Source: Minisyncoccota bacterium (GTDB lineage Bacteria; Patescibacteriota; Minisyncoccia; Phycocordibacterales; UBA1006). Taken from it: a stretch of 64,000 nt of DNA. The stretch is taken from the NCBI GenBank assembly GCA_022763365.1, contig JALEGN010000016.1, forward strand, positions 5,556-69,555, read 5' to 3'. Below the pieces are notes generated by a model. It did not search any database, was not told where the DNA came from, and saw only the letters and a program-made list of their open reading frames with translations. The position numbers were made by a program, and so were the translations under genes. Position 1 is the stretch's first letter, and each line of letters opens with the position of its first letter. This document shows positions 28,665 to 38,935 of the stretch, in pieces.

Positions 28665-30605
28665 TTATTGGACTACCCGACCATCAGCTCCTACCGCTCG
28701 TCTATTTTCTAAGCGATTAAAGAGTGGTGTTTTTCGGAAATTTAATTCAGTTTCTGTGAAGGTATCTTCACCACTTAAAATAATATCTCCAGTCAAAGCA
28801 AAATCTTCATCAAGTTGTGTAATCGATGGGGTCACACGAATTTGGAGCGATACTTGCCTCGGTTGACTCGTTCCAACTCCTAGACCAGAACGCAGGTCAC
28901 CTAATCGCCACACCAATTCTCGTGTCGTATTATCAAATGAAACATTCGTACGCTCTACTGATGGTGCTATAACATTGAGCCATTCAACATAGGGTGGCAG
29001 GAAGGTTGAAAGTTCAGCTCCACTTACCGCATTTGAAGAATTGGTAATTTCAAAGACCATGGTATAAGTTGTCGTTTCGTTTACCTTTGGTGGCATTGGT
29101 CCTTGGTTCCTGAATGGACCTTCGTAATAAAGTGTTTTTGGAATAACTGAAATGTCAGAATTCGCAAGAACACGATGGCGTGCTACAGCAAAAGCTTCTT
29201 CTTTTTGACCATTGCTGGCAGTTCCTTCGACATCAACAGTAATTTCTGCAAAAGGGTTACTGAGGACACCACTAGCGCCAACAAGTTCTTTCCCTCCAAT
29301 CGTAAACCTGAAATCTCCTTCTTCTCCTGGTTCGAGTAATGCTAATCGTTCATTTGTTGTTTGATCAAAAACAATAGTTTGATTACTTGAATTATAGAAC
29401 CCGTTTTGTAGATTCACCTGACTTGGATCATATAAGTCACCATCAAGATTTACTGTGAGTACAACATTTCTTAAATCAGTTTCTAAGGTATTCTTGTAAT
29501 TAATTCGAATATCTAAATCATCACCTCCGCGAATACTACTTTGGTCTGAAGCATCACTATTAACCACAATCGATGATTCAATAAATGATTTTTGTACATC
29601 AATAGTATGGATAATTGAATTAAATACGGTTTCAAATTCATTTTTATTAAATTGATTTTGTTTACCATACTCAAAATTAAATGATTGACCCTGACCTTCT
29701 AAGGCTGCAAGGCGACCAATAATTTCAATACTTTGAACATCATCACCAATATTATCAAAATACCAAGTATTATTATTAAAGTTTGGTAAGAGACTTGAGC
29801 TCACATATTCAAATCCTCGTGGGTAATCAATTTTTAACAGCGTATCGTTAATCTGTTGGTTAGAGTTTGATGAAACATCTACACGTAAGGCAACATCTTG
29901 ATTACGGACAATCGTATCAGGAGCGATCACTGAAATTTGCGTTGGTGTTGATCGAATAATAACCTGATGAGTTCCTTGTTTTACGAAAATAGAACTTGAA
30001 CCTTCGATACGATACTCTAGAGTTGCTTCAATTTCCCTAATATCTCCTTCTTGACCAAAAAGTGTAGCGTCAAATTCTTCCGTCACACGTCCCTGAGGAT
30101 CAATATCCTGGAGTGACCGGCGTAAGAAAACCCTCTCTGCATCAACACCAGAATCTTTAGGATAGGAAATAACAAGGTCTGGCAATTGTAAGGCTTGTTC
30201 GTTAAAATTTTGAACACGGACTTGTAACTCGAGCTCTTCTCCACCATCAACAAATGGTTGACCTAAAATCTCAAGAGCAATTAATTCTTCTGATACGGTT
30301 GTTTGCCCTTCATATAAAGTAACTCCTGCAACCGCAAGGGTCGCAAAGAAAAAGATAAGCACCGCAAAGAATATTTTTTTAAATAGTGACGTTGGAAGAT
30401 TATATTTACTTCGCTCTTTTAAAAGACGTTCATACTCATCATCAGTAAAATCTTTTTCAAGTTCAATCTTTCGATCATGTATTTTACGTCGGTCACGTTG
30501 TCCATGATCTTTATTTGGGTCATAAAGATCACGCTCAAGTTTCTCAATACGTTCATCTGGTTTTTTAGGAGTAATATCGTCTTTCATACTTCTAGTATAA
30601 AACAA
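28665..30605 (-). CDS. Large membrane-anchored extracytoplasmic hypothetical protein
   Basis: 646-aa protein: a charged N-terminus, a single TM (FFAVLIFFFATLAVAGV), then a long beta-rich ectodomain. Confidence 0.4.
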   Translation of the reverse strand: MFYTRSMKDDITPKKPDERIEKLERDLYDPNKDHGQRDRRKIHDRKIELEKDFTDDEYERLLKERSKYNLPTSLFKKIFFAVLIFFFATLAVAGVTLYEGQTTVSEELIALEILGQPFVDGGEELELQVRVQNFNEQALQLPDLVISYPKDSGVDAERVFLRRSLQDIDPQGRVTEEFDATLFGQEGDIREIEATLEYRIEGSSSIFVKQGTHQVIIRSTPTQISVIAPDTIVRNQDVALRVDVSSNSNQQINDTLLKIDYPRGFEYVSSSLLPNFNNNTWYFDNIGDDVQSIEIIGRLAALEGQGQSFNFEYGKQNQFNKNEFETVFNSIIHTIDVQKSFIESSIVVNSDASDQSSIRGGDDLDIRINYKNTLETDLRNVVLTVNLDGDLYDPSQVNLQNGFYNSSNQTIVFDQTTNERLALLEPGEEGDFRFTIGGKELVGASGVLSNPFAEITVDVEGTASNGQKEEAFAVARHRVLANSDISVIPKTLYYEGPFRNQGPMPPKVNETTTYTMVFEITNSSNAVSGAELSTFLPPYVEWLNVIAPSVERTNVSFDNTTRELVWRLGDLRSGLGVGTSQPRQVSLQIRVTPSITQLDEDFALTGDIILSGEDTFTETELNFRKTPLFNRLENRRAVGADGRVVQ

Positions 30606-30629
30606 AGCACAAAAGGTGGCTAATGATTT

Positions 30630-31205
30630 TTAGAGTTGTGTATCGCTCAGGCGTTGGTTAATTTTTGCAATAAGCTTTTTCTTATTTTTTGTAATAAACA
30701 TAAAAAAAACATTATTAAAATATTCTATAGATTCAAGAAATGGTTCATTTCCTTCCCAATATCCTAAACTAGATAAAATACGAATCGTAAAAATAATTTC
30801 AATGAACTCAGTATTGTTTTCAGTGATTTGATCATAGTGATCAAAAAGATATTCAATATTTTGCCAAATTTCTTCATGAGGTTCTTCACCACTACAGAGG
30901 CGATTAATGAGCGAGCTAAATTTAGCGAGGATACTAAACCAATGGCTTTCAGTAAATGACAATGAGGAAGTATTTTCATGAATACCTGTAACTCGCCAAA
31001 TATCTCTACCCTGAACAAGATCAACGGTTACCAATGAATAGAGATTCGTATGAAATCTCATTTTTGATTTTAATTCACGTACTGATTGTAACGAGCAATA
31101 GATTAAACCAAATTTTTGAGTATATAGAACAATCAATTTATTTGATTCACGCATATTTTTAGTTTTTAAAATTACCGCATCAGTTTGATAAATAGCGTGT
31201 GACAT
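30630..31205 (-). CDS. recO: DNA repair protein RecO (probable)
   Basis: N-terminal OB pattern AIVLKTKNMRESNKLIVLYTQKFGLIYCSLQSVRELKSK. Confidence 0.5.
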   Translation of the reverse strand: MSHAIYQTDAVILKTKNMRESNKLIVLYTQKFGLIYCSLQSVRELKSKMRFHTNLYSLVTVDLVQGRDIWRVTGIHENTSSLSFTESHWFSILAKFSSLINRLCSGEEPHEEIWQNIEYLFDHYDQITENNTEFIEIIFTIRILSSLGYWEGNEPFLESIEYFNNVFFMFITKNKKKLIAKINQRLSDTQL

Positions 31206-31297
31206 ACATCTAGTATACGTTAGTCATTATTCAGTACAATTTGCCAAAATACACAAAAATGTTATTGTGAAAATTAAGTTTAATTTAAAATAAGAAT

Positions 31298-31630
31298 ATG
31301 AATAATTTCGAAGTAATTGTATGCCGTATGCTTAAAGGCGATGAAGAACTTAGAGCCTCGGTGGTAGAAAGAACAACTGACGGGAAGCTCGTGAATGAAT
31401 TAGGATTTGTACGCGAAGACTGTCCCGAAAAACTAGCCGATAAAGTACTTTCTCTTGGTTCTCTCGAAGGAATGAATTATAGAACCAGAAACGAGGGTGT
31501 CCGCATCAAAAAAAGCAAATCAACAGGAAATATCAGTCTTTCAAAGTCTTCATGTGGCAAAATGAGTAGATATCAATTTGATACCTTTACTCATTCACTT
31601 CGACAAAAGATGCAACTAGCATCTGTGTAA
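31298..31630 (+). CDS. Hypothetical protein
   Basis: 110-aa ORF, followed by a bidirectional terminator. Confidence 0.3.
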   Translation: MNNFEVIVCRMLKGDEELRASVVERTTDGKLVNELGFVREDCPEKLADKVLSLGSLEGMNYRTRNEGVRIKKSKSTGNISLSKSSCGKMSRYQFDTFTHSLRQKMQLASV

Positions 31631-31633
31631 TTA

Positions 31634-31664
31634 ACAAAAGCGACCTTTCGGTCGCCTTTTTTAT
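31634..31664. terminator. Bidirectional terminator
   Basis: gcgacc-tttc-ggtcgc flanked by an A4 run and a T6 run. Confidence 0.5.
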
Positions 31665-34600
31665 TTTTCTATAACTATAACAAATACTAAATCTTCAATA
31701 GTGATTTCTTCTCCTTCAATTTCTGTAAAATTAAATTCTTTAATTCCTGCGGTAGATTTAATTTCATCACTAAATGTTTTAACCAATGACTGACCTTCAG
31801 GTGAAGTTTGAACAATCAAATTAATTTCATCTTGTGGTTCAAGCCCTGATTTTTTACGTAGTGACTGAATTTGCCTGAGTAATTCACGCATATTCCCTTC
31901 AGCCTGTAATTCATCAGTAATAGTCGTATCAAGAGCAAGTTCTCCATCAATTAATTCTTTCACATTTAATTCATCGGTAATAAGTGTGTGACATGATTCA
32001 TCAATATCAGTTAGTGAAGCAGTAAATGATTGAAGTGGTTGTCGAACCTTGATTTTCGCTTCGGATCGTAATTGCAGTCCTTCAGAAATAAGATCACGTA
32101 CTAATTGCATCATCGTTATGATTTTCTCATTAACTTCTTTAGATTCAGGCCAAGCAGATAGATGAACAGATTCTTTCATATCATTAGTTCTGATGGCTTG
32201 CCAAATTTCTTCAGCGATGAATGGTGTAAATGGTGCGATAATTTTGGCTGTTTCAAGGAGCACGTATTGTGTCGTCCCCAATGCATATTTCTTATCTAGA
32301 GCATCATCACCTTTGTATCGATCTCGTGAACGACGTACATACCAAGTTGAGAAATCATCAACAAAATCAAAGATTGGACGTGCCGCTCGATCAAGTTCGT
32401 ATTTCTCAAGTCCATTGCGAACTTCATTTTCAAGTTCGGCAAGTCGTGCAACAATCCACTGATCAAGAATATTTTCTGAATCAACTTGTGGTCCGTGCTC
32501 TACTTCACCTTTATACATCTCATAAAGCGACAAGATATTTCGGAGTCGCCCCATCACCTTTGATGAAACCTCACGAACACCTTTTTCAGAGAAAGCAAAT
32601 TCCTCTGCACGTACGACCGGCGAATTAATCATATACAATCGAATTGCATCGGCTCCGACTGAGTCAAACATATCGTATGGATCAGGGTAATTCTTGAGAG
32701 ATTTTGACATCTTTTTACCATCTTCTGCCAAAATCAGACCATTCACAATGACATTTTCAAATGGTGTTTTGTCAAAAAGAGCATTTCCAATAACGGTCAT
32801 TACATAAAACCATCCACGTGTCTGATCAAGCCCTTCAGCAATAAATTGTGCCGGGAAAGCATTTTCAAATGATTCTTTGTTTTCAAATGGATAGTGTTGC
32901 TGAGCGTACGGCATTGATGCTGAATCAAACCAAACATCAAAAACATCAGGAATACGTTTAAGTTCAGATTCTCCATCCTCTGACACAATTACCACCTCAT
33001 CAATATAAGGACGGTGAATATCAATGACATAATCTGGACCATGTGGGAATGGTTTGAAATTAAATGGCAGAACTTTGGCATTTTTAGGCAGTCGATATTC
33101 ATCCCAAAAAGCATGAGCCATTTCTGGGCGTCCGTATTTATGATTTCCAAATTCCATTGCTCGAAGAATTCCACCATGAGATACAATCAAAATCTTTTTA
33201 TTGTGATACTTTTCTTCAAGTTCAAAAAGGAACTCCATTGAACGTTTATAAACATCATTAATTGACTCAGCATCATCAGAAAGTTTTAGATCAATGAAAT
33301 CTTCATTACTAGCAAAATATTCTTGATTATGAGCATCTTCCCATTTTTTTCCTTCCCACTCTGAACCAAGGTTTGTTTCGGTCAATCGCTGGTCAGTAAT
33401 ACATTGATCATCTGAAAGACCTAAGTGTTCTTTAATAATCTGTGCTGTTTCTTGGGTCCTCTGAATTGGTGATACAAAGATATAATCAAGATCTTTTGGA
33501 ATATCTTCGATAGAATCAATGACTTGTTGTCGTCCTTTTTCAGTCAATGGGTTTTCAGTACCAATATATGAATTAATAATTCCTTTAATATTTGATTCTG
33601 ACTCTCCATGACGCAATCCAAAATATTGGTTACCTGAGGTTTTAATACGAGAGAGCATTTCTTCGTATGAACCAGCAACAAAAGTTTCTTCACCGTCTTG
33701 TGACTGCCAAACCGGAAGTGGTGTTCCCCAGAATCGCGATCGAGATAATGCCCAATCACGCGCTCCTTCAAGCCATTTTCCAAATCGTCCTTCTCCAACA
33801 TGATCTGGTACCCAATGAACCTTGTTATTTGATTCAATCAGTTGATCTTTAATTTGTGGGACATCTACATACCACGAGGTCGTTGCGTAATTCAACAATG
33901 GTGTATCACAACGCCAACAATGTGGATAGCTGTGAACGAGCTTTTTCTTTGAGAAAAGTTTCCCATCGTGCGCGAGCCGTTTAATGATTTCAATATCAGT
34001 CGACATCAAATCATTTTTTTGTTTCACCAGCATTCCTGCAAAATCTCCTCCATCAATGGTTTCTGCAAAAACGTGTTTAAAAGCTCCTGATTTTGCTACA
34101 TGCTGAATGAATGGTAAGGCCTTATCTTTACCAAGTTGCATATCATCAGACCCAAAAGCTGGCGCAATATGCACAATACCTGTTCCATCTTCGGTGGTAA
34201 CAAAATCAGCAACTTGAACCTTCCATCCATTTTCTGAATTTTCTACTTCAGGATCATTTTGGTAGTAATCAAAAGGTGCGATATATGATTTCCCTTCGAG
34301 CTCTTTTCCTTTTATTTCTTCAAGGATTTCATATTCCTTTCCTTCAAATACTTTTTCAAGGAGCTCTTTTCCTACGATAAATTTCTCTCCCTCTGATGAA
34401 ACTTTTACATAATCAATATCAGCCCCTACTGCTAACGCTACGTTTCCTGGTAGTGTCCATGGCGTTGTTGTCCATGCCAACATAAAGGTTCCTGGTTCGT
34501 CAGTTAATTCAAATTTTGCCGTTACTGAAATATCAGTGACGTCTTTGTATCCTTGATTTACCTCAAAGTTTGCCAGCGTCGTTTCGCATCGTGGACACAG

Positions 34601-35140
34601 GTGCATAGCCTTAAACCCTTCTTTGGTCAGGCCTTTTTTATGCAGCTGTCCAAATACCCACCAAATTGATTCCATGTATGACGGATTCATTGCCATGTAG
34701 GCATTACCCATATCAACAAATCGTCCTGAACGTGGGACATATCGCTTCCATTCTGATTCATAGCGTAATACCGAATTACGTGCAGCATCATTAAATTTAT
34801 CAACACCGTATTCTTCGATATCTTTTTTTGTTTCTAGACCAAGTTCTTTTTCAATGAGGTTTTCAATGGGTAAACCATGACAATCCCATCCCCATTTTCG
34901 TGGAACGCGGTACCCCTGCATCGTTTTATAACGTGGAATAATATCTTTGATTGTTCCTGCAAGGAGATGCCCATAATGCGGTAATCCTGTTGCAAATGGA
35001 GGCCCATCGTAAAAGACAAAATCGCCGTTTGATGATTCTTTTTCTAAAGATTTTTCAAAGATTTTGTTTTCCTGCCAGAACGACAGAATTGATTCTTCTG
35101 ATTGAGCTGTTTTCGACTTTTTATTTTCGTTTTGATTCAT
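31661..35140 (-). CDS. ileS: Isoleucyl-tRNA synthetase (type 2, eukaryote-like) with an inserted histidine-phosphatase (PGAM-family) domain
   Basis: HYGH and KMSKS class I motifs, a CP1 editing domain, and …DVWFDSASMPYAQQHYPFEN…. Roughly 200 extra residues (~aa 505-705) carry RHGESESN and LIVSHGGILR, inserted between WGTPLPVW…SYEEMLSRIKTSG and DIHRPYIDEV. Confidence 0.9.
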   Translation of the reverse strand: MNQNENKKSKTAQSEESILSFWQENKIFEKSLEKESSNGDFVFYDGPPFATGLPHYGHLLAGTIKDIIPRYKTMQGYRVPRKWGWDCHGLPIENLIEKELGLETKKDIEEYGVDKFNDAARNSVLRYESEWKRYVPRSGRFVDMGNAYMAMNPSYMESIWWVFGQLHKKGLTKEGFKAMHLCPRCETTLANFEVNQGYKDVTDISVTAKFELTDEPGTFMLAWTTTPWTLPGNVALAVGADIDYVKVSSEGEKFIVGKELLEKVFEGKEYEILEEIKGKELEGKSYIAPFDYYQNDPEVENSENGWKVQVADFVTTEDGTGIVHIAPAFGSDDMQLGKDKALPFIQHVAKSGAFKHVFAETIDGGDFAGMLVKQKNDLMSTDIEIIKRLAHDGKLFSKKKLVHSYPHCWRCDTPLLNYATTSWYVDVPQIKDQLIESNNKVHWVPDHVGEGRFGKWLEGARDWALSRSRFWGTPLPVWQSQDGEETFVAGSYEEMLSRIKTSGNQYFGLRHGESESNIKGIINSYIGTENPLTEKGRQQVIDSIEDIPKDLDYIFVSPIQRTQETAQIIKEHLGLSDDQCITDQRLTETNLGSEWEGKKWEDAHNQEYFASNEDFIDLKLSDDAESINDVYKRSMEFLFELEEKYHNKKILIVSHGGILRAMEFGNHKYGRPEMAHAFWDEYRLPKNAKVLPFNFKPFPHGPDYVIDIHRPYIDEVVIVSEDGESELKRIPDVFDVWFDSASMPYAQQHYPFENKESFENAFPAQFIAEGLDQTRGWFYVMTVIGNALFDKTPFENVIVNGLILAEDGKKMSKSLKNYPDPYDMFDSVGADAIRLYMINSPVVRAEEFAFSEKGVREVSSKVMGRLRNILSLYEMYKGEVEHGPQVDSENILDQWIVARLAELENEVRNGLEKYELDRAARPIFDFVDDFSTWYVRRSRDRYKGDDALDKKYALGTTQYVLLETAKIIAPFTPFIAEEIWQAIRTNDMKESVHLSAWPESKEVNEKIITMMQLVRDLISEGLQLRSEAKIKVRQPLQSFTASLTDIDESCHTLITDELNVKELIDGELALDTTITDELQAEGNMRELLRQIQSLRKKSGLEPQDEINLIVQTSPEGQSLVKTFSDEIKSTAGIKEFNFTEIEGEEITIEDLVFVIVIEK

Positions 35141-35159
35141 GATGATATTTTAACATGTT

Positions 35160-35192
35160 GATTAAAAAGGAGCGCCTTTCGGGCGCTCCTGA
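35160..35192 (-). terminator. Intrinsic terminator/attenuator hairpin ~26 nt upstream of the ileS start codon
   Basis: aggagcgcc-cgaaa-ggcgctcct followed by a T5 run on the minus strand. It lies inside the argS-ileS spacer. Confidence 0.5.
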
Positions 35193-35309
35193 AACAATTA
35201 TTATTAATTATCAAAAGAAACCCGAATACTATGCGGTTGTTTCGATAATGTTAATAATGATTGCTGTTGTTTGCATATTAATATCGTACCAAGAAGAATA
35301 TTTATGTAA

Positions 35310-35336
35310 ATAAAAAACAACTTCAAAAGTTGTTTA
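35310..35336 (-). terminator. Terminator overlapping the argS stop
   Basis: aacaactt-caa-aagttgtt followed by a T-run. Confidence 0.45.
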
Positions 35337-37064
35337 CATTTCTTCTGGTGCTGAGATGCCTAAAATCCACAATCCATTTTTAATTACCTGTGCCGTTGCA
35401 TCAGTTAAGGCTAATTTATAACCACTCGCCTGATTATCAGCATCAACAATTTTAGTATTCCCATACCAAGAATTAAATAATTGTGCGAGTTCGGTAATAT
35501 ACGTAACCACGTGATGTGGTGCGAGGTCTTTAAAAGCTTGTTCAACCACAATTGGATATCGATATAAATAACGTTCAATATCAGTTGTTTCCCAATCCTC
35601 TGGACGATTAGCTGAGACCTCAATTCCCTGCTCTTGTGCCTTACGTAACATTGATTGAGAGCGCGCATAGGTATATTGCAAATACGGACCTGAATCTCCT
35701 TCAAATGATAAAGAGGTATCTGGATCAAAATTAATATTTTTCCCTGCTTGAGTTCGCAATACCGCGTATTTCACCGCAGCGATTGAGATCATATCAGCTT
35801 GGTCTTGTGATAATTCTCGATCACCTGCCCTGACATATACTTCTTCATTTACGGCATCTAAAATATCAGAAACAATTGGAGTATTTCCAAGACGTGAGGA
35901 CATTTTTTGCCCCTTGAACTGCATACGTCCGTGGGTTTTATGAATGGTTTTTTCTTGCCATTCTTTATGTACCTTACCTGCTGCTGTTTCTACAACCTCA
36001 AAATATGGACCTTGTTCGGAGTCAGTGATAAATATCGAAAGCTCTGGATTATAACGATCAAATTTTAATTTTAGTAATCCGGTATCTTTTGCCTCATAGG
36101 TTGGATTACCATCTTTATTAATGAACACACGTGTATGCAGTGATTTGTTCTTTTCTAAATCTTTTTCATTTGGTTCAAATATAATGGCTCCGTTCGATTC
36201 GGTATAAACTGACGGTGTGTGTTTGGTAATAATTTCTTTTCCTATTTTTCCTGCTTCTGATTCAAAAATAAACCCGTCAAATGCCGAACCAAGACGTGCT
36301 GTCATCTGGATAAAATATTCAAGGTTTAAATCTCGTCCTATTTTATAAGCTTGATGGGCTTCGGTATCTCGATGCTCGTAAATATCTTGAGTTATTTCTC
36401 GAACACGTGGTTCGATATTTTCATTATCTTTAAAAGCCTGGGTTCCCTCTGCGTAACATTTTCCAAGAAACGCCATTTTTTCAGATACCGTTTTAAACTC
36501 ATTAATTTTTTCGATTCCGTATTGTAGAAACTGCCAAACCGCCTTTCCAATTCCAAGGGATACATCAGAAGGATATGAAATCATGGTTACCTCAGCACTG
36601 GTTGTCCTGCACAATCGAGTCATTGCCTCACCAACCGTATTGTTCATCATGTGCCCAATATGAAATGGTTTAAACAAATTTGGAGATGAATGCTCAACAA
36701 GTATTCTTTTACCTTCCCAAGAATCATTCCATCCATAAAAATCACCTTTTTCTTGAATTACTTTCAACTCATATGAGAAAAATTCATCTATAAGTTTGAT
36801 GTTTATAAATCCTGGACCTGCGACTTCTACTGATGAAATCTCTGGCGCGGTGATTTTTTCTGATAAAGCCTCAGCAAGTTCTCGTGGATTTTTCCCTTCC
36901 TTTTTAGCCAAAACCATAGCAATATTCGTTGCAAAATCGCCATGTGACAATTCACGTGGATGTTCAATAGTAATATCTCCATCATAAGAAATATCCAATT
37001 CGACAAGAGCTGATTGAATAGATTTTTTGATTATGTCTGTAATCATCATAAACTTATTGTACAT
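35334..37064 (-). CDS. argS: Arginyl-tRNA synthetase
   Basis: HIGH-type PFHIGHMMN, a C-terminal DALR anticodon-binding domain, and QKMSSRLGN. Confidence 0.85.
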   Translation of the reverse strand: MYNKFMMITDIIKKSIQSALVELDISYDGDITIEHPRELSHGDFATNIAMVLAKKEGKNPRELAEALSEKITAPEISSVEVAGPGFINIKLIDEFFSYELKVIQEKGDFYGWNDSWEGKRILVEHSSPNLFKPFHIGHMMNNTVGEAMTRLCRTTSAEVTMISYPSDVSLGIGKAVWQFLQYGIEKINEFKTVSEKMAFLGKCYAEGTQAFKDNENIEPRVREITQDIYEHRDTEAHQAYKIGRDLNLEYFIQMTARLGSAFDGFIFESEAGKIGKEIITKHTPSVYTESNGAIIFEPNEKDLEKNKSLHTRVFINKDGNPTYEAKDTGLLKLKFDRYNPELSIFITDSEQGPYFEVVETAAGKVHKEWQEKTIHKTHGRMQFKGQKMSSRLGNTPIVSDILDAVNEEVYVRAGDRELSQDQADMISIAAVKYAVLRTQAGKNINFDPDTSLSFEGDSGPYLQYTYARSQSMLRKAQEQGIEVSANRPEDWETTDIERYLYRYPIVVEQAFKDLAPHHVVTYITELAQLFNSWYGNTKIVDADNQASGYKLALTDATAQVIKNGLWILGISAPEEM

Positions 37065-37075
37065 TTTTTATATAA

Positions 37076-37104
37076 AAGAAAAACAACGAATATTCGTTGT
37101 TAAA
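37076..37104 (-). terminator. Terminator
   Basis: aacaacgaa-tat-ttcgttgtt. Confidence 0.45.
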
Positions 37105-38893
37105 TCTTTCCTAATTTCTTTGCGAGTTTTTGAGTCTCTGTTAAAAGATCTTTAATTTCATCAATCCCGGATTGCCAGAAATGAGGATCGGTAATGTCAA
37201 TTCCAATTGAATCAAATAATTCTTGTGGTGACATACTAGTTCCAGTTGAAAAGAATTTTTTAACGGAGGCTATATATTCTGGATTCTCTTTTACCTTTGC
37301 TCGCATAGCATTAGCTAACAATAAACCGGAGGCGTATGAATAGACATAAAATGGACTTCTAAAATGACTCCAATATACCCACCAGTTTTCAGAGCCTGGA
37401 TCTTGGTTAACCCTTGATCCCATATATGATTTCATATGTTTGGTAAATAATGCTCCAATTTGTTTTTTTGAAAGATACCCTTCCTTGGCAAATTCGTCAT
37501 GAACATTTCGTTCAAAATTATAGGCAGCAATCTGCCTGAAGACACTTGAAATAAAAGCATCGATTCTTTTTATATTTAATAAGAATTGCTCCTTATCAGA
37601 AAGCGATTCACCAATTTCATCAAATACGTATTCTTCACAAAAGTTAGATGCAATTTCAGCAACAAACATTGGAGTATCGTAATTTATAGCAGATTCTTGT
37701 TTAGTTAGAGTTCCATGAATAGCATGACCAATTTCATGAGCCAATGTTGTTGTATCAAGGATTTGATTCGTATGATTCAGCATTACATAAACTGGATTGT
37801 CTTTACTCCAATATGAACAAAAGGCTCCACCACGTTTTCCCTTGCGAGGATAAACATCAATTTTTCCAGTATCAACCATATCTCGATAAATAGTTACAAA
37901 GCCTTCATCAACGTTTGATAATGCTGCATCAACAATACTAATAGATGTTTCGTAATCATGCTCTCCAGATAATGTCCCTACCTCGAGATTTCGTTCATGA
38001 TAAGCTAGTTTATCTTGCTTAAGCACCTTTGCCTTAAATGCATAAAAATTCTTTGATACATTAAAATTATCACTTACTACCTCAGCCATCGTATCAACAA
38101 TATCAAAGGTGATATCATCACTCGTGATACGTCCATGGTCAGGCCGTTCATACCCACGAAGTTCTGCATTTATTTTTGCGTTTTCCAAAATACTATTAAA
38201 TTCTTTTTCTGCGATGTCTGAATGCTCTGATAAAATACCATGCATTACCTTTGCAGCGGTATTTCTAATTTTCTTTTTTGGATGATGAATCAGTGATTGA
38301 ATTTCAGAAAAAGTTTGTTCTTTTTTAATAACTTTTTTCCCTTCTTCTACATATACTTCACGTGATTGTTTCGAAAGAAATTCTGAAAGCATTGATTGCC
38401 AATTACCATGAGCTACACCAGATTTTAATGAAAGAATATTTTCTTCTTTTTCTGAAAGATAAAATCGTGACTCATTAAAAAGCATTTCTAGATAGTGTTT
38501 ATATTTTTTCAATTCTGGTGATTGTATAAATATTTTTTGTTGTTTTTTATCAATAGCACCAAGCTCAAGGCCGAAAAATCTAATTTCTTGGATTCGTTTT
38601 CTATAGAACTCTTCTGCTTTTTTGATTGCTTTTTGAATATCAATATTTGTTGTTTCAACATTTTTTCGTAGTGACAAATAGGTCATTTCTTTCGTTCCTA
38701 ATTGTGACAATTTTTCATATTGATCAAGAGCCTTTTTAAGACTTTTTTCGTCCGTAAGAAAACTTTTATCTTTTTTCCATTTTCGCGCAAAATCAGAATA
38801 TTTTTTTGCCATTAATTCTCGCTCTTTGAGAAAGGCTGAGTCATTTATTTTTTTACCCAGTGGTGATAAATCCCATGTTGTTTGTCGTTTCAT
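37100..38893 (-). CDS. pepF: Oligoendopeptidase F (M3B family)
   Basis: HEIGHAIHG zinc motif and an M3 fold-length protein of 597 aa. Confidence 0.8.
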   Translation of the reverse strand: MKRQTTWDLSPLGKKINDSAFLKERELMAKKYSDFARKWKKDKSFLTDEKSLKKALDQYEKLSQLGTKEMTYLSLRKNVETTNIDIQKAIKKAEEFYRKRIQEIRFFGLELGAIDKKQQKIFIQSPELKKYKHYLEMLFNESRFYLSEKEENILSLKSGVAHGNWQSMLSEFLSKQSREVYVEEGKKVIKKEQTFSEIQSLIHHPKKKIRNTAAKVMHGILSEHSDIAEKEFNSILENAKINAELRGYERPDHGRITSDDITFDIVDTMAEVVSDNFNVSKNFYAFKAKVLKQDKLAYHERNLEVGTLSGEHDYETSISIVDAALSNVDEGFVTIYRDMVDTGKIDVYPRKGKRGGAFCSYWSKDNPVYVMLNHTNQILDTTTLAHEIGHAIHGTLTKQESAINYDTPMFVAEIASNFCEEYVFDEIGESLSDKEQFLLNIKRIDAFISSVFRQIAAYNFERNVHDEFAKEGYLSKKQIGALFTKHMKSYMGSRVNQDPGSENWWVYWSHFRSPFYVYSYASGLLLANAMRAKVKENPEYIASVKKFFSTGTSMSPQELFDSIGIDITDPHFWQSGIDEIKDLLTETQKLAKKLGKI

Positions 38894-38935
38894 ATCGTCA
38901 CTATACCACCGTCATTTTCAAAAACAAAAAACAGC

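Noticed and set aside
32193-33852. Short ORFs on both strands inside ileS (for example 32269-32628, 33544-33837).
   Set aside because: They are embedded in the IleRS reading frame region and show no independent signals.
35141-35333. Considered a T-box riboswitch in the ileS leader.
   Set aside because: The leader is only ~120 nt and has no AAnnnGGGTGGnACCGCG T-box sequence. It is kept only as a generic attenuator candidate.
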